Assembly: GCA_051362555.1 (NCBI GenBank)
Contig: CM120641.1
Coordinates: forward strand, 27,162,401 to 27,226,400
Length of the DNA: 64,000 bases
Source: Lingula anatina
Taxonomy: Eukaryota > Animalia > Brachiopoda
Reading direction: 5' to 3'
Part shown: positions 1-14,803 of the stretch, in pieces
Position numbering within the stretch: position 1 is the first letter of the stretch
How the letters are laid out: each line of letters opens with the position of its first letter
Notes under the pieces: generated by a model
What the model saw: the letters and a program-made list of their open reading frames with translations, nothing else
What the model was told of the DNA's origin: nothing
Databases searched by the model: none
Position numbers and translations under genes: made by a program

Positions 1-606
1 ACCCTGCATGATGCGGGTTTACTTCTTTTGGTAAATTTATGTCACTATGTCGTAGTACAGTGCTGTATCTGATCATGGTGTTATGAGGGTAATTTATACT
101 TTTGGGTCGGGCTTGATACCCGTCCCTTTTCGAACCTAAAACGTTGAAGTTCTTATTTAAAGGAAACAATGTCTGTATAAAAATTATAAAGTGATTGCTT
201 TAAAATTATCATATATTAATTTCCAAATTGAGAAATGTTTTACACGGTAAATATATGTGGGGATATCTACAACTTGACACCTCGTTGTGAAATTGAAGTT
301 GTTCTCTTCAACACCTTGAACCCGGGCAGTGTGGTCCGATCTACCGGTGAATTCTGGATCATTCGGTGCCAAGTCTGGTATTTGGGTAGGCCTGTGAGTG
401 TCACCGAGAACCAGAGTTAATTTTAATTGAATGTGAATATGAAAAGTCACTTCAAGTACACTGAGTTTTGCGTAACCTTTTCAGTTTTGTTTGTATATTA
501 TTCTGAATATGGTCAAGACTTTGAAAATCTTGTAAATAGCCCATGATTTTTATGTCGCTCCTGATACCCATGCTTTGCAAATGTAACTTTTCATCCACAT
601 TTACCC

Positions 607-853
607 CAGGGGCGGATACAGGATTATTCGAAGGGGGGGGGGGGGGCAAAGTCGACCTCCCCTCCCCCCGTTGGCGTGGGGTTCCCAATTTTTTGTATTT
701 TAAGGGCGAACGGTACTGTATATGTATGGTTAAATACTATAAATCAGCTAGTCAAAATTCTAATTCCAAGGGAATATTAGTGTGATTTTTTATCAGAAAC
801 CGAAGGGGGGGGGGCGTCATGACCTATCTGACTCCCCTCTAAATCCGCCACTG
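607..853. mobile_element. Non-autonomous DNA transposon (MITE) with CAG(G/T)GGCGGAT termini
   Basis: Starts CAGGGGCGGAT and ends ATCCGCCACTG. The interior is homologous to the inverted copy at 33759-34030 and to partial copies near 11130-11320 and 32730-32890. Confidence 0.75.
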
Positions 854-1325
854 TTAACAAAATTGATTGAAGTACTATTATCTTCCTTTCAGCTCGCTTA
901 AGATTTACTGCATCCCTCCCTTACTGAGGAGAAGAGGAAACACAAATTGAAGAGAGTTGTACAAAGTCCAAATTTCTATTTCATGGATGCAAAATGCCCA
1001 GGTACTATAACAATTCCCACTTGCACTCTGTGCACAACTACTGTGTGCTTTTCACACTGACATCAGGGCTCTGCCAATTTGTGTTTTTGGGTTGGGGTCT
1101 TTATCAATAATGCCACTTGTGAAATCATGTTTCATGGTAACAGTTGTTTCCTTTAAGGTTGTTAGTGTTTTCTATACAACAATCCACATGCAGCTTCCAT
1201 AAATTTGTTTCTATTCTTAATAAATTCTAATGAAATTAATGGTGGCTGTTATATATCTCCTGTGTGATATTTATTCAAGATGTAATTGTTCTTCCAGGCT
1301 GTTATAAAATCACCACAGTTTTTAG

Positions 1326-1424
<99 letters not shown>

Positions 1425-1796
1425 TAGGCAAACACAACTTTATATCTTGCTAGGCTTCTGGGCTTTAGTTAAAAAAGTCTTATAAAGTCTTATTAATACT
1501 TTGTTCCTTTAATGAATTACCGAATCTGCCTGGGTTCACTGTACTCAGTTTGCTTTAATCAGCTCAGTACACCTGTTTAGTCCTTGGGAGTGTCTGTAAT
1601 CGTAACCATAGAAAAAACTTAATAATATTGTGTGCATATGGCCATTAGAGTTCCTGGTCTTCCTCAAATTGATATAGAAAAAAAATGGACTGCCACAGCT
1701 TGTGTCACAAAGCAATACTTTATAATGAATGTTTAGCAGTTCAATCCCAAATATGTGAACATTTGGAGAAATTGCACTTGTCATACAACAAAATGA

Positions 1797-2044
1797 AACT
1801 GGAAAAGCACTCCGAGAGCGCAGACCTCCGCCAAGGCAGTGATTTTTGATTATTATTGATTATTGATTGATTATTGATCCGGATCACCACCAAAAACTAA
1901 TCATCTCTTCCTTGGCCCACTTCTGACAGTTCCTGAAAATTTCATCAAAATCGGTCCATATCTTTTTGAGTTATGTTGATGACAGACAAACGAACAAATA
2001 AACAGACAAACAGGGATGAAAACATAACCTCCTTGGCGGAGGTA
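1797..2044 (-). mobile_element. Non-autonomous Helentron-associated (HINE/DINE-1-like) element
   Basis: Subterminal inverted repeat ACCTCCGCCAAGG (1824-1836) / CCTTGGCGGAGGT (2031-2043), a short stem-loop GCACTCCGAGAGCGC near one end, and an ACAG/ACAA tetranucleotide tract. This is the typical HINE layout. Confidence 0.65.
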
Positions 2045-3062
2045 AAGATTAAACTGTCTGACAGCTAAAAGGGGACATTCACCTAAAAATACCTGGCAGG
2101 CAGTTACTGAAGTGCTAGATAATAATAATTTATTAAGATTCCAACCCAGTGGGTTGAAGTTGTACATAGAGTGTTAAGAAAATTATAATGAAAATAAAAT
2201 GAATATATGCTTGAATAAAACTGAGTTAAAAGACTGCTAATTGAACTTTAAAATTATTGTACTTAGGATAAAAGACAACATAATACTATTGGAAATTTAA
2301 AATTGCATATGGAATAAAAGAGCATCGGAATCTGTCGGTCTTAAATTTTGGCACTTTGTATCTATTGTTTGATCTTAAAAGACGATTGGATTGCTCAATT
2401 AAGATGTGATTCAGTTTGTCAAAGGATTCAGTTATTTTGTAAAAGAAAGTTTTACACCTGTGTCATTTTGAGGAAGATCTTTCTGACCCCATAATGGTTG
2501 TTATCAATAAGAATCATTTTGTTTTCATTTTTCTTGTACATAGCTTTTATTAGCCTGCAAGTGTATACCAAATATTATAATAGTAGATTGGAATCAATTT
2601 GACTTCTGTTTGTAAATTTAATTAATAAGAAATTGTTTGTCCCTTTCAGGGTGTTCATTTGACAGTCGACTGGTGACAGCTATTTGTACCGATGAAAAGG
2701 TCTCAAATTTGATTTTATTTTAAATCTGTAAGACCATTCTTTGAGGATTCCTTCAACAACAACTTCCCAATCTTATCATGCCTGTTGTAATTTGCATGAC
2801 AATAAGTCGACCAGCGCCACCTATCTTCTTGACTGATCACTTGACAGCTGACCACTGCGGGAGAAGGGCGTGGGACAGATGTGGTGAAGTTGCAGAACTG
2901 AACATTTCATTCAACCTTAAAACGTGAGGGCTTGAAAAGGCGGATAAAAAGTGAGAATCAGTTACGTCTGATGGGTATTATGTGATAATGCGGTATGTAC
3001 GGCGACTGTCAGAGAAATTTTCATGCTTTTTCCTTGTCTGAATTCGAGTTTAAAAAGTGTTT

Positions 3063-5058
3063 GTTGTAGGCTTGAATTAAAATGCGAAAGGCCGTGGAAT
3101 GGGTTGAAAAGCTTCTTTGTCGGTTATAATTAAGATGTTCTTTGCATTACTGACAACATTTCTGTTGTATTGACGAGTTAATATTAGCGGGCAATTACAG
3201 CCTTATAGTATTTTTGCGTGTTCTGAAATTTCAGTTTTTACTTGGGTAGTTAATTGAAAAGTTGCTCATCTCTATAATCTACACGTTTGCTGTCAATTGA
3301 TTTATAAATAATTTGACAAAAGTAATATTATATCACTTATTGGTGTCCGGAAACCGTCACTTTAGTACCACTCGCTGTATGCAAATTGGCCTCTTGAACG
3401 GTTTTGTTTGAAAATGCTTCTTTCGTATTTGTATTTGATGTATCCTTGTTGGCCGTCCCAGATATCTACATTAGAAACTGGCATGACGATTTATTACGAT
3501 TTATCTTCAGAAAAAAAAACTGTTTTTCATGTTGGGTAATGAAAGATATAAGTGAGAGAGCACTTTAAAAATGAGAGAAATCATGATGTTAGAAAATATA
3601 CACGTGATAGCCTATTTTCAGGCATTTAAAGTAACAAGATTGTCTTTTTTTCAAATAGTTGAAACAGGCTGTTGTATAATTTGTCAAATGAAGTTTCCTT
3701 TTCATGGAAAAACTGAATTATTGATCCAATTATTAGCCTTCTTAACTTTAAAGATTGGCTTAATTTGTACAGTCATTGCCCATATCTTGGGGGAATTACT
3801 CCAACCGTTAAATTCTCTACTTTAAGAACATTTTCCATTAGAGTAGGTCGTTTTAATCTTTGTCTTTGTTCTCAGTGTGCTACAATTAATGAACAACATT
3901 CATTTAAAATTTCTTGTGAAACATCAAAGAGTGTTTAGTATTGAGTACTACATGCACATAACCTTTTTAATTCGATATTTTACAATTTCCATTCCCGTTA
4001 ATTTAATCTTATCTAGCATTTTGTTCCATTGAAATATTGATTAATATCTATTTAATATCGTTGTAGGCTTGAATTAAAATGCGAAAGGCCGTGGAATGGG
4101 TTGAAAAGCTTCTTTGTCGGTTATAATTAAGATGTTCTTTGCATTACTGACAACATTTCTGTTGTATTGACGAGTTAATATTAGCGGGCAATTACAGCCT
4201 TATAGTATTTTTGCGTGTTCTGAAATTTCAGTTTTTACTTGGGTAGTTAATTGAAAAGTTGCTCATCTCTATAATCTACACGTTTGCTGTCAATTGATTT
4301 ATAAATAATTTGACAAAAGTAATATTATATCACTTATTGGTGTCCGGAAACCGTCACTTTAGTACCACTCGCTGTATGCAAATTGGCCTCTTGAACGGTT
4401 TTGTTTGAAAATGCTTCTTTCGTATTTGTATTTGATGTATCCTTGTTGACCGTCCCAGATATCTACATTAGAAACTGGCATGACGATTTATTACGATTTA
4501 TCTTCAGAAAAAAAACTGTTTTTCATGTTGGGTAATGAAAGATATAAGTGAGAGAGCACTTTAAAAATGAGAGAAATCATGATGTTAGAAAATATACACG
4601 TGATAGCCTATTTTCAGGCATTTAAAGTAACAAGATTGTCTTTTTTTCAAATAGTTGAAACAGGCTGTTGTATAATTTGTCAAATGAAGTTTCCTTTTCA
4701 TGGAAAAACTGAATTATTGATCCAATTATTAGCCTTCTTAACTTTAAAGATTGGCTTAATTTGTACAGTCATTGCCCATATCTTGGGGGAATTACTCCAA
4801 CCGTTAAATTCTCTACTTTAAGAACATTTTCCATTAGAGTAGGTCGTTTTAATCTTTGTCTTTGTTCTCAGTGTGCTACAATTAATGAACAACATTCATT
4901 TAAAATTTCTTGTGAAACATCAAAGAGTGTTTAGTATTGAGTACTACATGCACATAACCTTTTTAATTCGATATTTTACAATTTCCATTCCCTATAATTT
5001 AATCTTATCTAGCATTTTGTTCCATTGGAATATTGATTAATATCTATTTAATATCGTT
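3063..5058. repeat. Near-identical direct tandem duplication, unit ~997 bp
   Basis: 3063-4059 is repeated at 4060-5055. Only a handful of differences were seen (one A-run length, ggccgt/gaccgt, cccgtta/ccctata, ttgaaat/ttggaat). GTT microhomology at the junctions. It explains the identical 84-aa ORFs at 3571 and 4567. Confidence 0.95.
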
Positions 5059-5200
5059 ATTGAAACGAATGTTTTTGACATTTCAGAATTGACTTCCTTG
5101 ACGAGATCCTGTACTTAATTGCATCTGGAGGAATCTCCCCAAGTCTTCTGGGTGTGCTTCAGGACATGACTTCAGCAGATTTATGCACACGGACACACGC

Positions 5201-5202
<2 letters not shown>

Positions 5203-5237
<35 letters not shown>

Positions 5238-5250
5238 AACACACACACAC
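5203..5250. repeat. (CT)n/(CA)n microsatellite
   Basis: Directly visible dinucleotide runs. Confidence 0.9.
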
Positions 5251-6883
5251 TGCATTTACAATATGGTTAAAAGCGTACGTTTTGTTCCTGTGATTTTCAA
5301 ACATTTTAGGCCCATGTGTAAGATTTTAACATATAGAAATGCATTAGTAAGAGCCATTGGGTTTCGTTTTCAAATAATACCCAGAAAGCGATCTTTTAAA
5401 ATTATATAAAGAAAATGATCACATTTGTTTTTAAATCATATCTTGAAATGGATCATATTATAATGTAAATTATATTCAGAAATGGATCTTTATTGTTTTT
5501 AAAATTATGCCCAGAAATCGATCTTTTTGTTTTTAAAATTATATCCAGTTATTGATTGCTTTTGCTTTTAAAGTTTACCCAGAAATGGATCAATTGACTT
5601 TTTTTAAACCATTTTTAAGTTATGTTTTCTGGCAGGCAATGTTTAAAAAATAAATGCGCTTCTTTTGATAGTTTTCGATTTTATTTAAAAAACACAGAAG
5701 TAAAAATAATATTAAAACCCACAGAATTTTCAGAAGCTGTAATCTAGCATTTTGAAGTGTGTATTTGCTTTTAAAATTTTAAGCAATTTCTTTTCACACT
5801 TTATATTTTTTCCAAAATTTTCAAAAGTTGCTTTTTAAAATATTTGTAAATTGAAATTAACAAATATAGAAATTGAATTTAGCTGGAAATAAAAATACAT
5901 ATGCATGCTTGTCTCCATGTTGAGATCACGACTAGAAAGATGGCGATGGATTTGCCAAATTTCAAATGTTTAATTTTTGTTCATGTCACCCCTCTGTCCA
6001 TACTTTATACTGCCCTATATGTATACACTAGGTTTTAAGCTATTGGTTTCTGTAAGTAAAAAGTATGCATAGGAATGAAATTACAGCACAAAGATGTACT
6101 AAGTTCCTACGATTTTCACATGTCAAAAAATCCATTCTTTTTCTTTTATTTCTAACTTTTATTTTGCTACGCAAATCCTTCTCTTCCTCAATTTCTTTTA
6201 CACCAGCTGGCGTCTGGTGCACCAACAATGATTTGTTAATACAATATTGCACTGATATTTAATTATCACTGTACATGTGTTACTACGCTGAATTTCAGAC
6301 CGAAAACTATGATAAAAGAAAGTGAAATACTTTACAAAACTGTCCTTTATTCCACTGTATGTTTTGAATGTAAAATTTTAAACAATTTCCACATAATTTA
6401 AAGCAGAGCACATTTATTTAAATTTTATCATTTTAAATGTATTTTGTAGTAGTTTCAGTGTAATTTTACATTCTTTATTAAATGCAACTTATTTTGGGCA
6501 ATGCCAATTTATAGTTAGCGTGTGAAAACTTTATTTCTCATACAACTATACCAAGAAAAATGCTATTTTTGTAATATGTACTCAATTATGTTTCCTTATA
6601 CTACAAATTGACATAAGGTTGATTTTGACAGTCCTGCGTAAAACACGTTCATTACTGTATGTAAAAATTGCTGGATATCATTCACCATAATATTCTGTTG
6701 TTAAAGTTGCCATATATATATAAAAAAAATAATAATAAAAAAAAAGAACTCGTTCAAAATATCTACGTTCGTTTGTTTGGAATAAATGATTTTGTTCAGT
6801 TTGTTGTGGAACTTTTTCAATTTAAGGGGAGACGTAGAAATGGTTCATTAAGTGGTCACATGTTGGGGGGAGTTCATTCCATT

Positions 6884-7650
6884 TGAGGGGTGACAGGTGG
6901 GGTAAGTCCATTCAATTTAAGGGGTGAAAGGTGGGACGAGTTCATTTCAGTTTGAGGGGTTATAGGTGGGGCGAGTTCATTTCAAATTAAGGGGTAACAG
7001 GTGGGGAGAGTCTACTCTATTTTGAGGGGTGACAGGTGGGGCGAGTCCATTCCATTTAAGGGGTGACAGGTGGGGCGAGTCCATTCCAGATTCGAGGGGT
7101 GACAGGTGGGGCGAGTCCATTCCAAATTAAGGGGTGACAGGTGGGGCAAGTCCATTCCAGATTCGAGGGGTGACAGGTGGGGAGAGTCTACTCTATTTTG
7201 AGGGGTGACAGGTGGGGCGAGTCCATTCCATTTAAGGGGTGACAGGTGGGGCGAGTCCATTCCAGATTCGAGGGGTGACAGGTGGGGCGAGTCCATTCCA
7301 AATTAAGGGGTGACAGGTGGGTCAAGTCCATTCCAGATTCGAGGGGTGACAGGTGGGGAGAGTCCATTCCAAATTAAGGGGTGACAGGTGGGGCGAGTCC
7401 ATTCCATTTAAGGGGTGACAGGTGAGGCGAGTCCATTCCAGATTCGAGGGGTGACAGGTGGGGCGAGTCCATTCCAGATTCGAGGGGTGACAGGTAGGAC
7501 GAGTCCATTCCAGATTCGAGGGGTGACAGGTGGTGCGAGTTCATTCCATATTCTAGGGGTGACAGGTGGGAAGAGTCCATTCCAGAATCGAGGGTCCACA
7601 GGTGAGGCAAGTCCACTCTGTTTTGAGGGGTGACAGGTGCGGCAAGTTTA
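6884..7650. repeat. G-rich minisatellite, ~35-36 bp unit, ~22 copies
   Basis: Consensus GAGGGGTGACAGGTGGGGCGAGTCCATTCCAGATT(C) in head-to-tail copies with degenerate edges. Confidence 0.95.
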
Positions 7651-9051
7651 TTATATTTTAGAGGCATATGCAAACAAAATCGTCTCAAATATGCATTTTA
7701 TGGCAGAGAAATTTGTTACAATATTTTGAAAGAAAGAAATGGAAACAAGCATGCAAACAAAAAATAATGGAATCTGCAATAAAAGTGCAGGATAACACAC
7801 CAAAGGGAACATGATTAAAATGAAAAACGATAATGTCAGCAAAGTTTTGAATAGAAGGCTGCATTAATTTTGACAGGCAGAGAAAGTGAATAATTGTATC
7901 TTAAAATTGGTCACGATTTCAGAAAAGTGGTACATTATTTACTGCACATTTTCAACTGTGTGATATTTCATATTGATCAAAAATTGCATGAAGGAATCCG
8001 GCAATGTTTCAAATATAGGCCAGGATTTTTGCAGAGAATAGGAGTAGAAAAATGACCAATCTTTTACGGCGAGGATATTAGGCTTATCGGTTGCCATTTG
8101 CTTGGTGAAAGGTTTCGTCAACTTATTTTCAGTTTCTCATTTTTCTTTTAAAATTATTAATTGAAATATTTATATGAAGTAATTTGCGGTAGCAGAAACC
8201 AGTACCCGTCAAAAATGGTATGATACCACATTTAATTATATTAAAGAGGACAGAACAAATTTTTTTCTAAAGGGTACAAAATCTCTTGCTATAATTTAAA
8301 TATAGAATTCTTAAAAATGCTCAAAATGCAAGATTGTTAAAAATTTTAATTCAAATTATAAATGCCAGTTGATGAAAAATCTTATAAATACATATTGTCT
8401 TTGAGATTGAATTTTTAAAGTGCCTACAGATATTTAGATTTGAATGGTTTAAAATGTTTTAACTTGCTACACGGATGAGACGATGTTTGCAAACAGAAAT
8501 GTAGTACATTGAATTTGAAACTGTTATCACATCTATATAATCCTTCTCGCCCACCCCCCTTACCATTACTTCTGTCTTTATCAATGAAAAACAAAACATG
8601 AAATGTCAAAAGTATTTATTCAGCTTTCATATAATAGGTGTATAATAATTGGTCGTAGGGTTCCTGGGGTACACCGAAGCCTATGTTGCTTGAAGGGGCA
8701 TGGTGTGCTGTATCTCGGTGGGGTTAAGCATCTGAAAAGAGAAAATAATGTTTACAGTTTTTGAATAAATGGCAAGTGCATATACATGCTATTTTACAGA
8801 GGAAAGGGCACTTATAATTGTAATGTAAAGCGTGTAATGTAAAGCGTGAATGCTTTTTGGCTTGTCCGAAGTTAATACCGAAAAAACACAGGCTGAAAAC
8901 GAGGCGTTATGATGTGTGATAAGTTTTTTAATAATAAAATTATTTGAATTATCTTGATAATAAAAGAAGTATTAAATACATGACTTCCTTCAATTGCATA
9001 TATAGGGTTGTAAGCACAGTCGTTAAGATATTCCGTACTATCGAGCGTTAT

Positions 9052-9969
9052 CACTCATTCTCAATATATAGATCCATTAAACTTTTTTTTATTTTATAAA
9101 AAGTAAGCAAGCGGTAGAATTGTTTGTTCAAGTGGAACTTAACTTATTTATATATCTCAGTCTATCAACTTAAAAATAATAATTATAATTACTAAATTAT
9201 CTGTTCTTGATAAAAAAACAAACGGACTAAATTTTTAAACCTTCGTTACTGTCGTGCACTGCACCATCTCGGACTCTCGAATCGATCTAGTTAAGAAAAG
9301 CTGCAACTTGTTAGGAAGCTAGTATGATATCTAACGTCTCAGAAAATGTCTAGAAAGCTCATTTTAAATAGCTTAATAAATAGCTTGCGTCTACTTTTGC
9401 GGTATGCCAAGTTTTTAAAAATTGAGAAACCGCCGTCTTTTTGGCACAGGTCATCATTTTCGGTTGTTTTGTTTTTGTAAAATTTTAATCAATAATAAAA
9501 TCTTCAATTCAGTGACATCCATGATTAGCTAGACGTAATGGTGACAGGACACAGTTAAATGTTTCTCACTAAACACGACAACACTGAATTCTCTTAGAAA
9601 GTAATCAGGCATTGTGAAAAAATATACTCGAGGTTAAGCACAAATTTGATCAGTAAAGTAAACGTTAATTTCGTAATACCAATTTAGCTCAGTCTAATGT
9701 AAGTATTAATAACGTGCAAATATTATCCAAAAGGGTGGTTATTTTAAAAACTTTCGTTGCTAAAACAGTTGAACCTTTCGTTACTAAATACGAAAATTCC
9801 CCATACTTGCTAGGCATGAATTAAAAAATTTCCATAATTTACACAAAAAGCTAGATTTATCACTTTCTGTCACCAGAGATTTCGAAAAAATATAATTCGC
9901 AAACATACATGTAACTTCATTTTCCACCTTCTGTTTTCTTCAAATGGACCTATATATTGAGAATAAATG
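9052..9969. mobile_element. ~0.9 kb non-autonomous TIR element (CACT-start termini)
   Basis: Left CACTCATTCTCAATATATAGATCCATT is the inverse of right AATGGACCTATATATTGAGAAT. The same terminal motif bounds 29192-30094. Confidence 0.6.
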
Positions 9970-12900
9970 TGTAATATCTATAATTGCTTTGAATCACGTA
10001 TTTTAGGTGCAACCCTTTATTTTACAGCTGCGTATTGTTTGCGTATTGATAATTTTTGTTTTTCTTGGAGAAGTGCATGCGCATAATATCTTATACCCCC
10101 CTTTCTGCGACCATGAAATTTGGCATCGCTGTGGTCTTAATAAGGAGGCACAAGCATTGGTTTTGTATCAGAATGAATGCTCAATGATCGCCCAGTTGTC
10201 GGCACGTAAAGTATTATAATTTCTTAACTCTCAAATGGGGCCGTGCTGCTGGACGCAGAAAGGACGCCGTCCAGTGTAAAGGGGGGTTTATTAGCAAATT
10301 GACTTGGAACAACATATATTACATATGCTTTGGATGTAAGTTAATCAAGTTATCACACAGTGACAGCACAGTGACAAGCATTATCATCTAAATTTACCTG
10401 TGTTCTTTGCGGTTATGCTTACATTTACATAAAAAGCATTTTGAATCAAGTCACGAATACTCTCTTACATGACAATAAAAAGGAACCACAAGATTTCAAG
10501 CACCGTTTCTCCTGTACCTATAAAGTCCCAAACCGTTGTAAAACTTAATCAAAACCAACATTTTCTAATTCTATGACAGCATGCTACCCTGTAGTAACGA
10601 TGGGCATGGCAGTGGAAAAAGTTTGACTTATGTGAAAGATGTTTGTCGTAAATTTCTTTTTATTCATCTGTTCCTTTAGTTTTTTTCATGACAGAGATTA
10701 TCGAAAAAGTAGCGTTACTTACCAAACATGTATTTTGCTTCCATGTCTTATAAAAGCTCGACCTTGCGCCTGCATCACACATACTGTTGCGTCTCCGCTC
10801 TACTGTGTCCGCCTGTGGAGTGAGTATCCTGAAAGACAGCTCGCACTTCGGTGAGCAACACATTGTTATGCAAATTACAACAGGTACGGCTCATTTCAGA
10901 CGAGGGGTTGTAGCTGAACTGTTCACGAATGTTCAGGGTCAAAATATATGAAGATATGACTAATGTCCGCCTCTTGTTGTAATGCAGTGCTTTATACTAT
11001 CAAAATAACACGACCCTCTTCCATCAGGAAGTTTCATGTCTCCGTAATAGTTCACTTCCACAAAACTCAACACCAGGGTGGGTGTTGACAAATCTCTGTC
11101 CCGGGGGTGGGGGGGGGGTTGAAGGGGGATCCGCGGATGCAAAGCCGACCGTACCCCACCCATGCAAAATTTTGGCATTTTAGAGGGCGAACGGTGCCAT
11201 TTGGTACTGTTTCGAACTTCGATTCAGCTAGTCAAAATTATGATTTCAACAGTACAATTGGCGTGATTTTTTTCCAGAAATCGAAGGGGGGGGGGGGGGG
11301 GTCAGGACCCCCTTGACCCTGTAGGTGACCGCCTTTTCTATTTATCAATTACCATAATTTGACAGATGAAAATTTGATTAACAATCTACTAAAGTGGTAA
11401 TGCACAGGAAGCTTTTGTTTCCCGCATATTTTAAAATACATTAGATTACATTAGTAAAATAAAGCTTCTAACCCTTACACACCCCAAAGTAAAATGGCAT
11501 TGTGTAGGTCAGTGGCTAACCTTATATGGTCTACTGCATGAGCAGTTTTTGCCAGGTTTGACAAACCAAAACGGTCTATAAATCCATCTGGAGGAGAACA
11601 GAAAAGATCTTCTCTGCTGCATTAGGCAGCTAATTAGATTGTTTTACTGTGTGTGTATGTGTATGTGTGTGTGTGTGTGCACGCTTGTGCGTGCTTAATC
11701 TTCAGCACCACAGGAATGGCGATAATAATGCAATTCGATCTGGCATATATACAAATTAAGTAAAAGTCATTTACGAGAATAACACCAACAGTACATGTTA
11801 TCTACAAACTGTACGGGTACAGGTGTACCATGAAAATCCGACTCCCCTAAAATGTAACTGCCCCAGTCAAATTTTCACAATAAAAATGTGATCCCCACCC
11901 CCCATGAAATTTTGACACCCCTCATTCCACAAAACTTTATAAATCTTATTTCATTTGAGTAAATTATTTTTATTTTGTAGTATGCATAATGGAGGATACA
12001 TTGGCATTTTTTGTTAGTTTGCAGGTGAAGAATTTCATGAGAAATAAAAAAATTAAAATGTGTATTTTACCACCCAACGACTCCCCTATGAAAAAGCTAT
12101 TTATTTGATATTTGGTGATCAGTTCTACATATTTCCCTTTACTATACTTTATGAAGAATATATTGGAAATGTTTGAAAGTTTGATGGTAAAATATTGGGT
12201 GAAAAAATGAAAAAAAAACACGATAGAGCAGCTTAGACTGAACTGTGATCAAGCATGATGCTATTAAGCTGAGATGGCTTGTATCATTCACAATGGCGAG
12301 GTACCATTTATGAAAATTCACCAAACAAAGGCGAGACACCTTTGCTGGCCGATCCCCTTCTTCCCCCGTTTTTTTAAATTTTTTTCCTTCTGACTTGCAG
12401 CTGATGAAGGTCACTTTTTGACCGAAAAGCACTTTCTGCAACCAGTCCACCCTCCCCTTTCCCCCGACAGGCATTGCCACTACATTGCCATGTCTACCAC
12501 GATCAGAGGCGAGACGCCTCAATCGTATCAATCACGGAATGTCCTTTTAGGAGCACCCTATATATCATTGCAGACATAGATCCCTGTAAATCTCATACTA
12601 CATAGGCGAGACACCTACTTCTTTATCAAACACTATCTTTTCTCAAATTCATATCTAGGATTACTTTCAAATTACACGACAATTAAAGTCATAAAGAGAA
12701 CGGGGCGTCGTTTTGGATTGGTATGCCATTGATATTGGGCATGGAGATATCTCCTTATTTACAATTATACGAAAGGTTGGCGGCGGCCAGCGATTATCGC
12801 CCGGAAAATTTCAGTGACATTCTGTGCAAAGCAGCACATACCAGGTTTTTTTTGTAGCAAAAAAAGGGTCAACAAGGGCGTCGAGGTATTTTGTGGGCTG

Positions 12901-14803
12901 AAGGTCGGACAGGCAACCCGACAGTTTGGCTGCTTCGTACGAGTCAAAGTAGACAAAATGGCATCGACCGAAATGTCCTCTAATAGATTTTGGTAATATG
13001 CAGCATATCTATTCATGACTTTTTTTTACCTTTCTACGAAGTATTCACAATGCTTGAATATTTTGAGAGCATGGATAAAGACATATTGTTAGTTTGATAT
13101 GTGTTTCTGTGGTAAATTTGTGTTTCCAGCTGTGTACTGACAGCATTCCTTTACTTGAGCAGTATTATTATTATTTGTTTTTTGGACTGTTTTTTTTTTC
13201 GCCCTCTCGCACCGATTTCGGGGTCCCCAGAGGTTGTCATCCATAAAAATAAAAAAGTGTGGCCTAATAAAATAAAAGCGGATGGATATTCAGAAAATGT
13301 GACTAGGAAAGGTTTTCAAGCCACTGAAAGTTCAAAGTTCACACCTTGAAAATGCCATTATGTAAAAAAATAAAAAAATTCACAAATAATATATACCTCC
13401 AGAAAAATAAGCCAATGAGACTGATTTTCCAACTGAAGCTGTATTTTAGTCCTATGTCTCTTTTCTGTACGTTTGAGAATAGTAAGTGACACGCTTTTCC
13501 TTAAATGGTCACTATGGCGGCAGTGCCCAAATAGGGTTTTCTTCAATTTTGATGTAATATTACATAATGCTTAACAGCATAATCATCACCAATCTTAAAT
13601 TTTACTATTCGGTGTCTGTGTAAGACTTTGTCCAAAACAATTCCAAAGCGAATCGGTCAACAGCTATTGACGTGCTTACTGAGGCATCTTATTACTTCCA
13701 AGCAGTAAAATTAATCTTATAGATGAAAATAACAATTAACGACAACATTATCCCCGTAAGCGATCTGGGTAACACCGCAGTTAGACTATGCGTCGTGCAG
13801 AGAGAACAAAGCATTATATCTTCGACCTTTCATTTCTTATCGATTCAGTGACGGAAACAACACTAGTACTACAAGATGTAGAGTAAAATGACATAAAAGA
13901 AAGACACCTACACAATAATGCTGATAAAGACACAAATAAATGAATCAATATCTAGGATGAAAAAAAGTCAGGTATCATACTGAGCTAATTTTCATTCAGC
14001 CTTGACTTTTTTAAAAGTTAAAACTGTTTTCTTATTGCATTTTTATACATACATATCTGTAGTTCGTATTATGTGTAACTGCAATGACAACGAAGTTTAA
14101 TCAACAAACAGCAGTAGGCCATAGTTACCTGCAACAACAACAACAAAAAAAAAAAAAAAAAAAAAAAGATTTTTCAGTAATTCTGCTGTGAAAAGATATT
14201 AAATAGATTAGCACACGTGGGTCCATGGTATTACTTTATCAAGTAGTGCTAGGTTGTTCATGGCCGATGAAAAAGATTCGCTTAGATTTAAATAGAACAG
14301 GGTTAAAGATTTAAATATTTTGAATGGTACATCTCGGAGATACTGAAAACTCAAAGATGGCATTCAAGGCGTTACCTTGACAGTTTATTATTTTGTTTCT
14401 ACTAAAGCTTGAACAATTCCCTACGACAAATTCTCAGATTTGAAAACAACTGTTAACGTTTTACTACACGACTTAACTTTGTCTCATTTAGATTTTGTTT
14501 AGAGAGGTTGGTAAAAAGAAAAAAACTCAATCATTTTTGTGTCAACAGATGCTCAGTTTTACCGGGAATAATAACGTGTTCGTGCCGTTGTTTGCCACAT
14601 GGTGATATCCATGAAGTTTCAAATTCCAGGTAAGGCAGCAAAATGTTATCTACACTGCGTCTTATGCAATTTTTCCAAGTCATGGAAGAGTTCAAAATCA
14701 GAATCAATCCCAGCCTTCTAAATTACTATCTGGGCATAAAAGTGGACAAAAACGTGTGGAAAGAGGAGTTCACACAGTGCAGTGGCTGCGTTCGGTCACT
14801 GTA

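Noticed and set aside
3571-4821. Two identical 84-aa ORFs
   Set aside because: A by-product of the 997-bp duplication. They are AT-rich with no recognisable motif or splice context.
6884-7650. Possible CRISPR array, and the repetitive ORFs on the - strand
   Set aside because: The intervening segments are variants of one sequence rather than unique spacers. The context is eukaryotic with no cas genes, and the ORFs are translations of the minisatellite.
8612-8731. Terminal-exon-like segment on the - strand with acceptor and AATAAA
   Set aside because: Very short coding potential, no recognisable product and no upstream exons identified.
14756-14803. GTG-initiated N-terminal extension of the 433-aa ORF
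   Set aside because: Eukaryotic context; ATG 14804 directly precedes a signal peptide.
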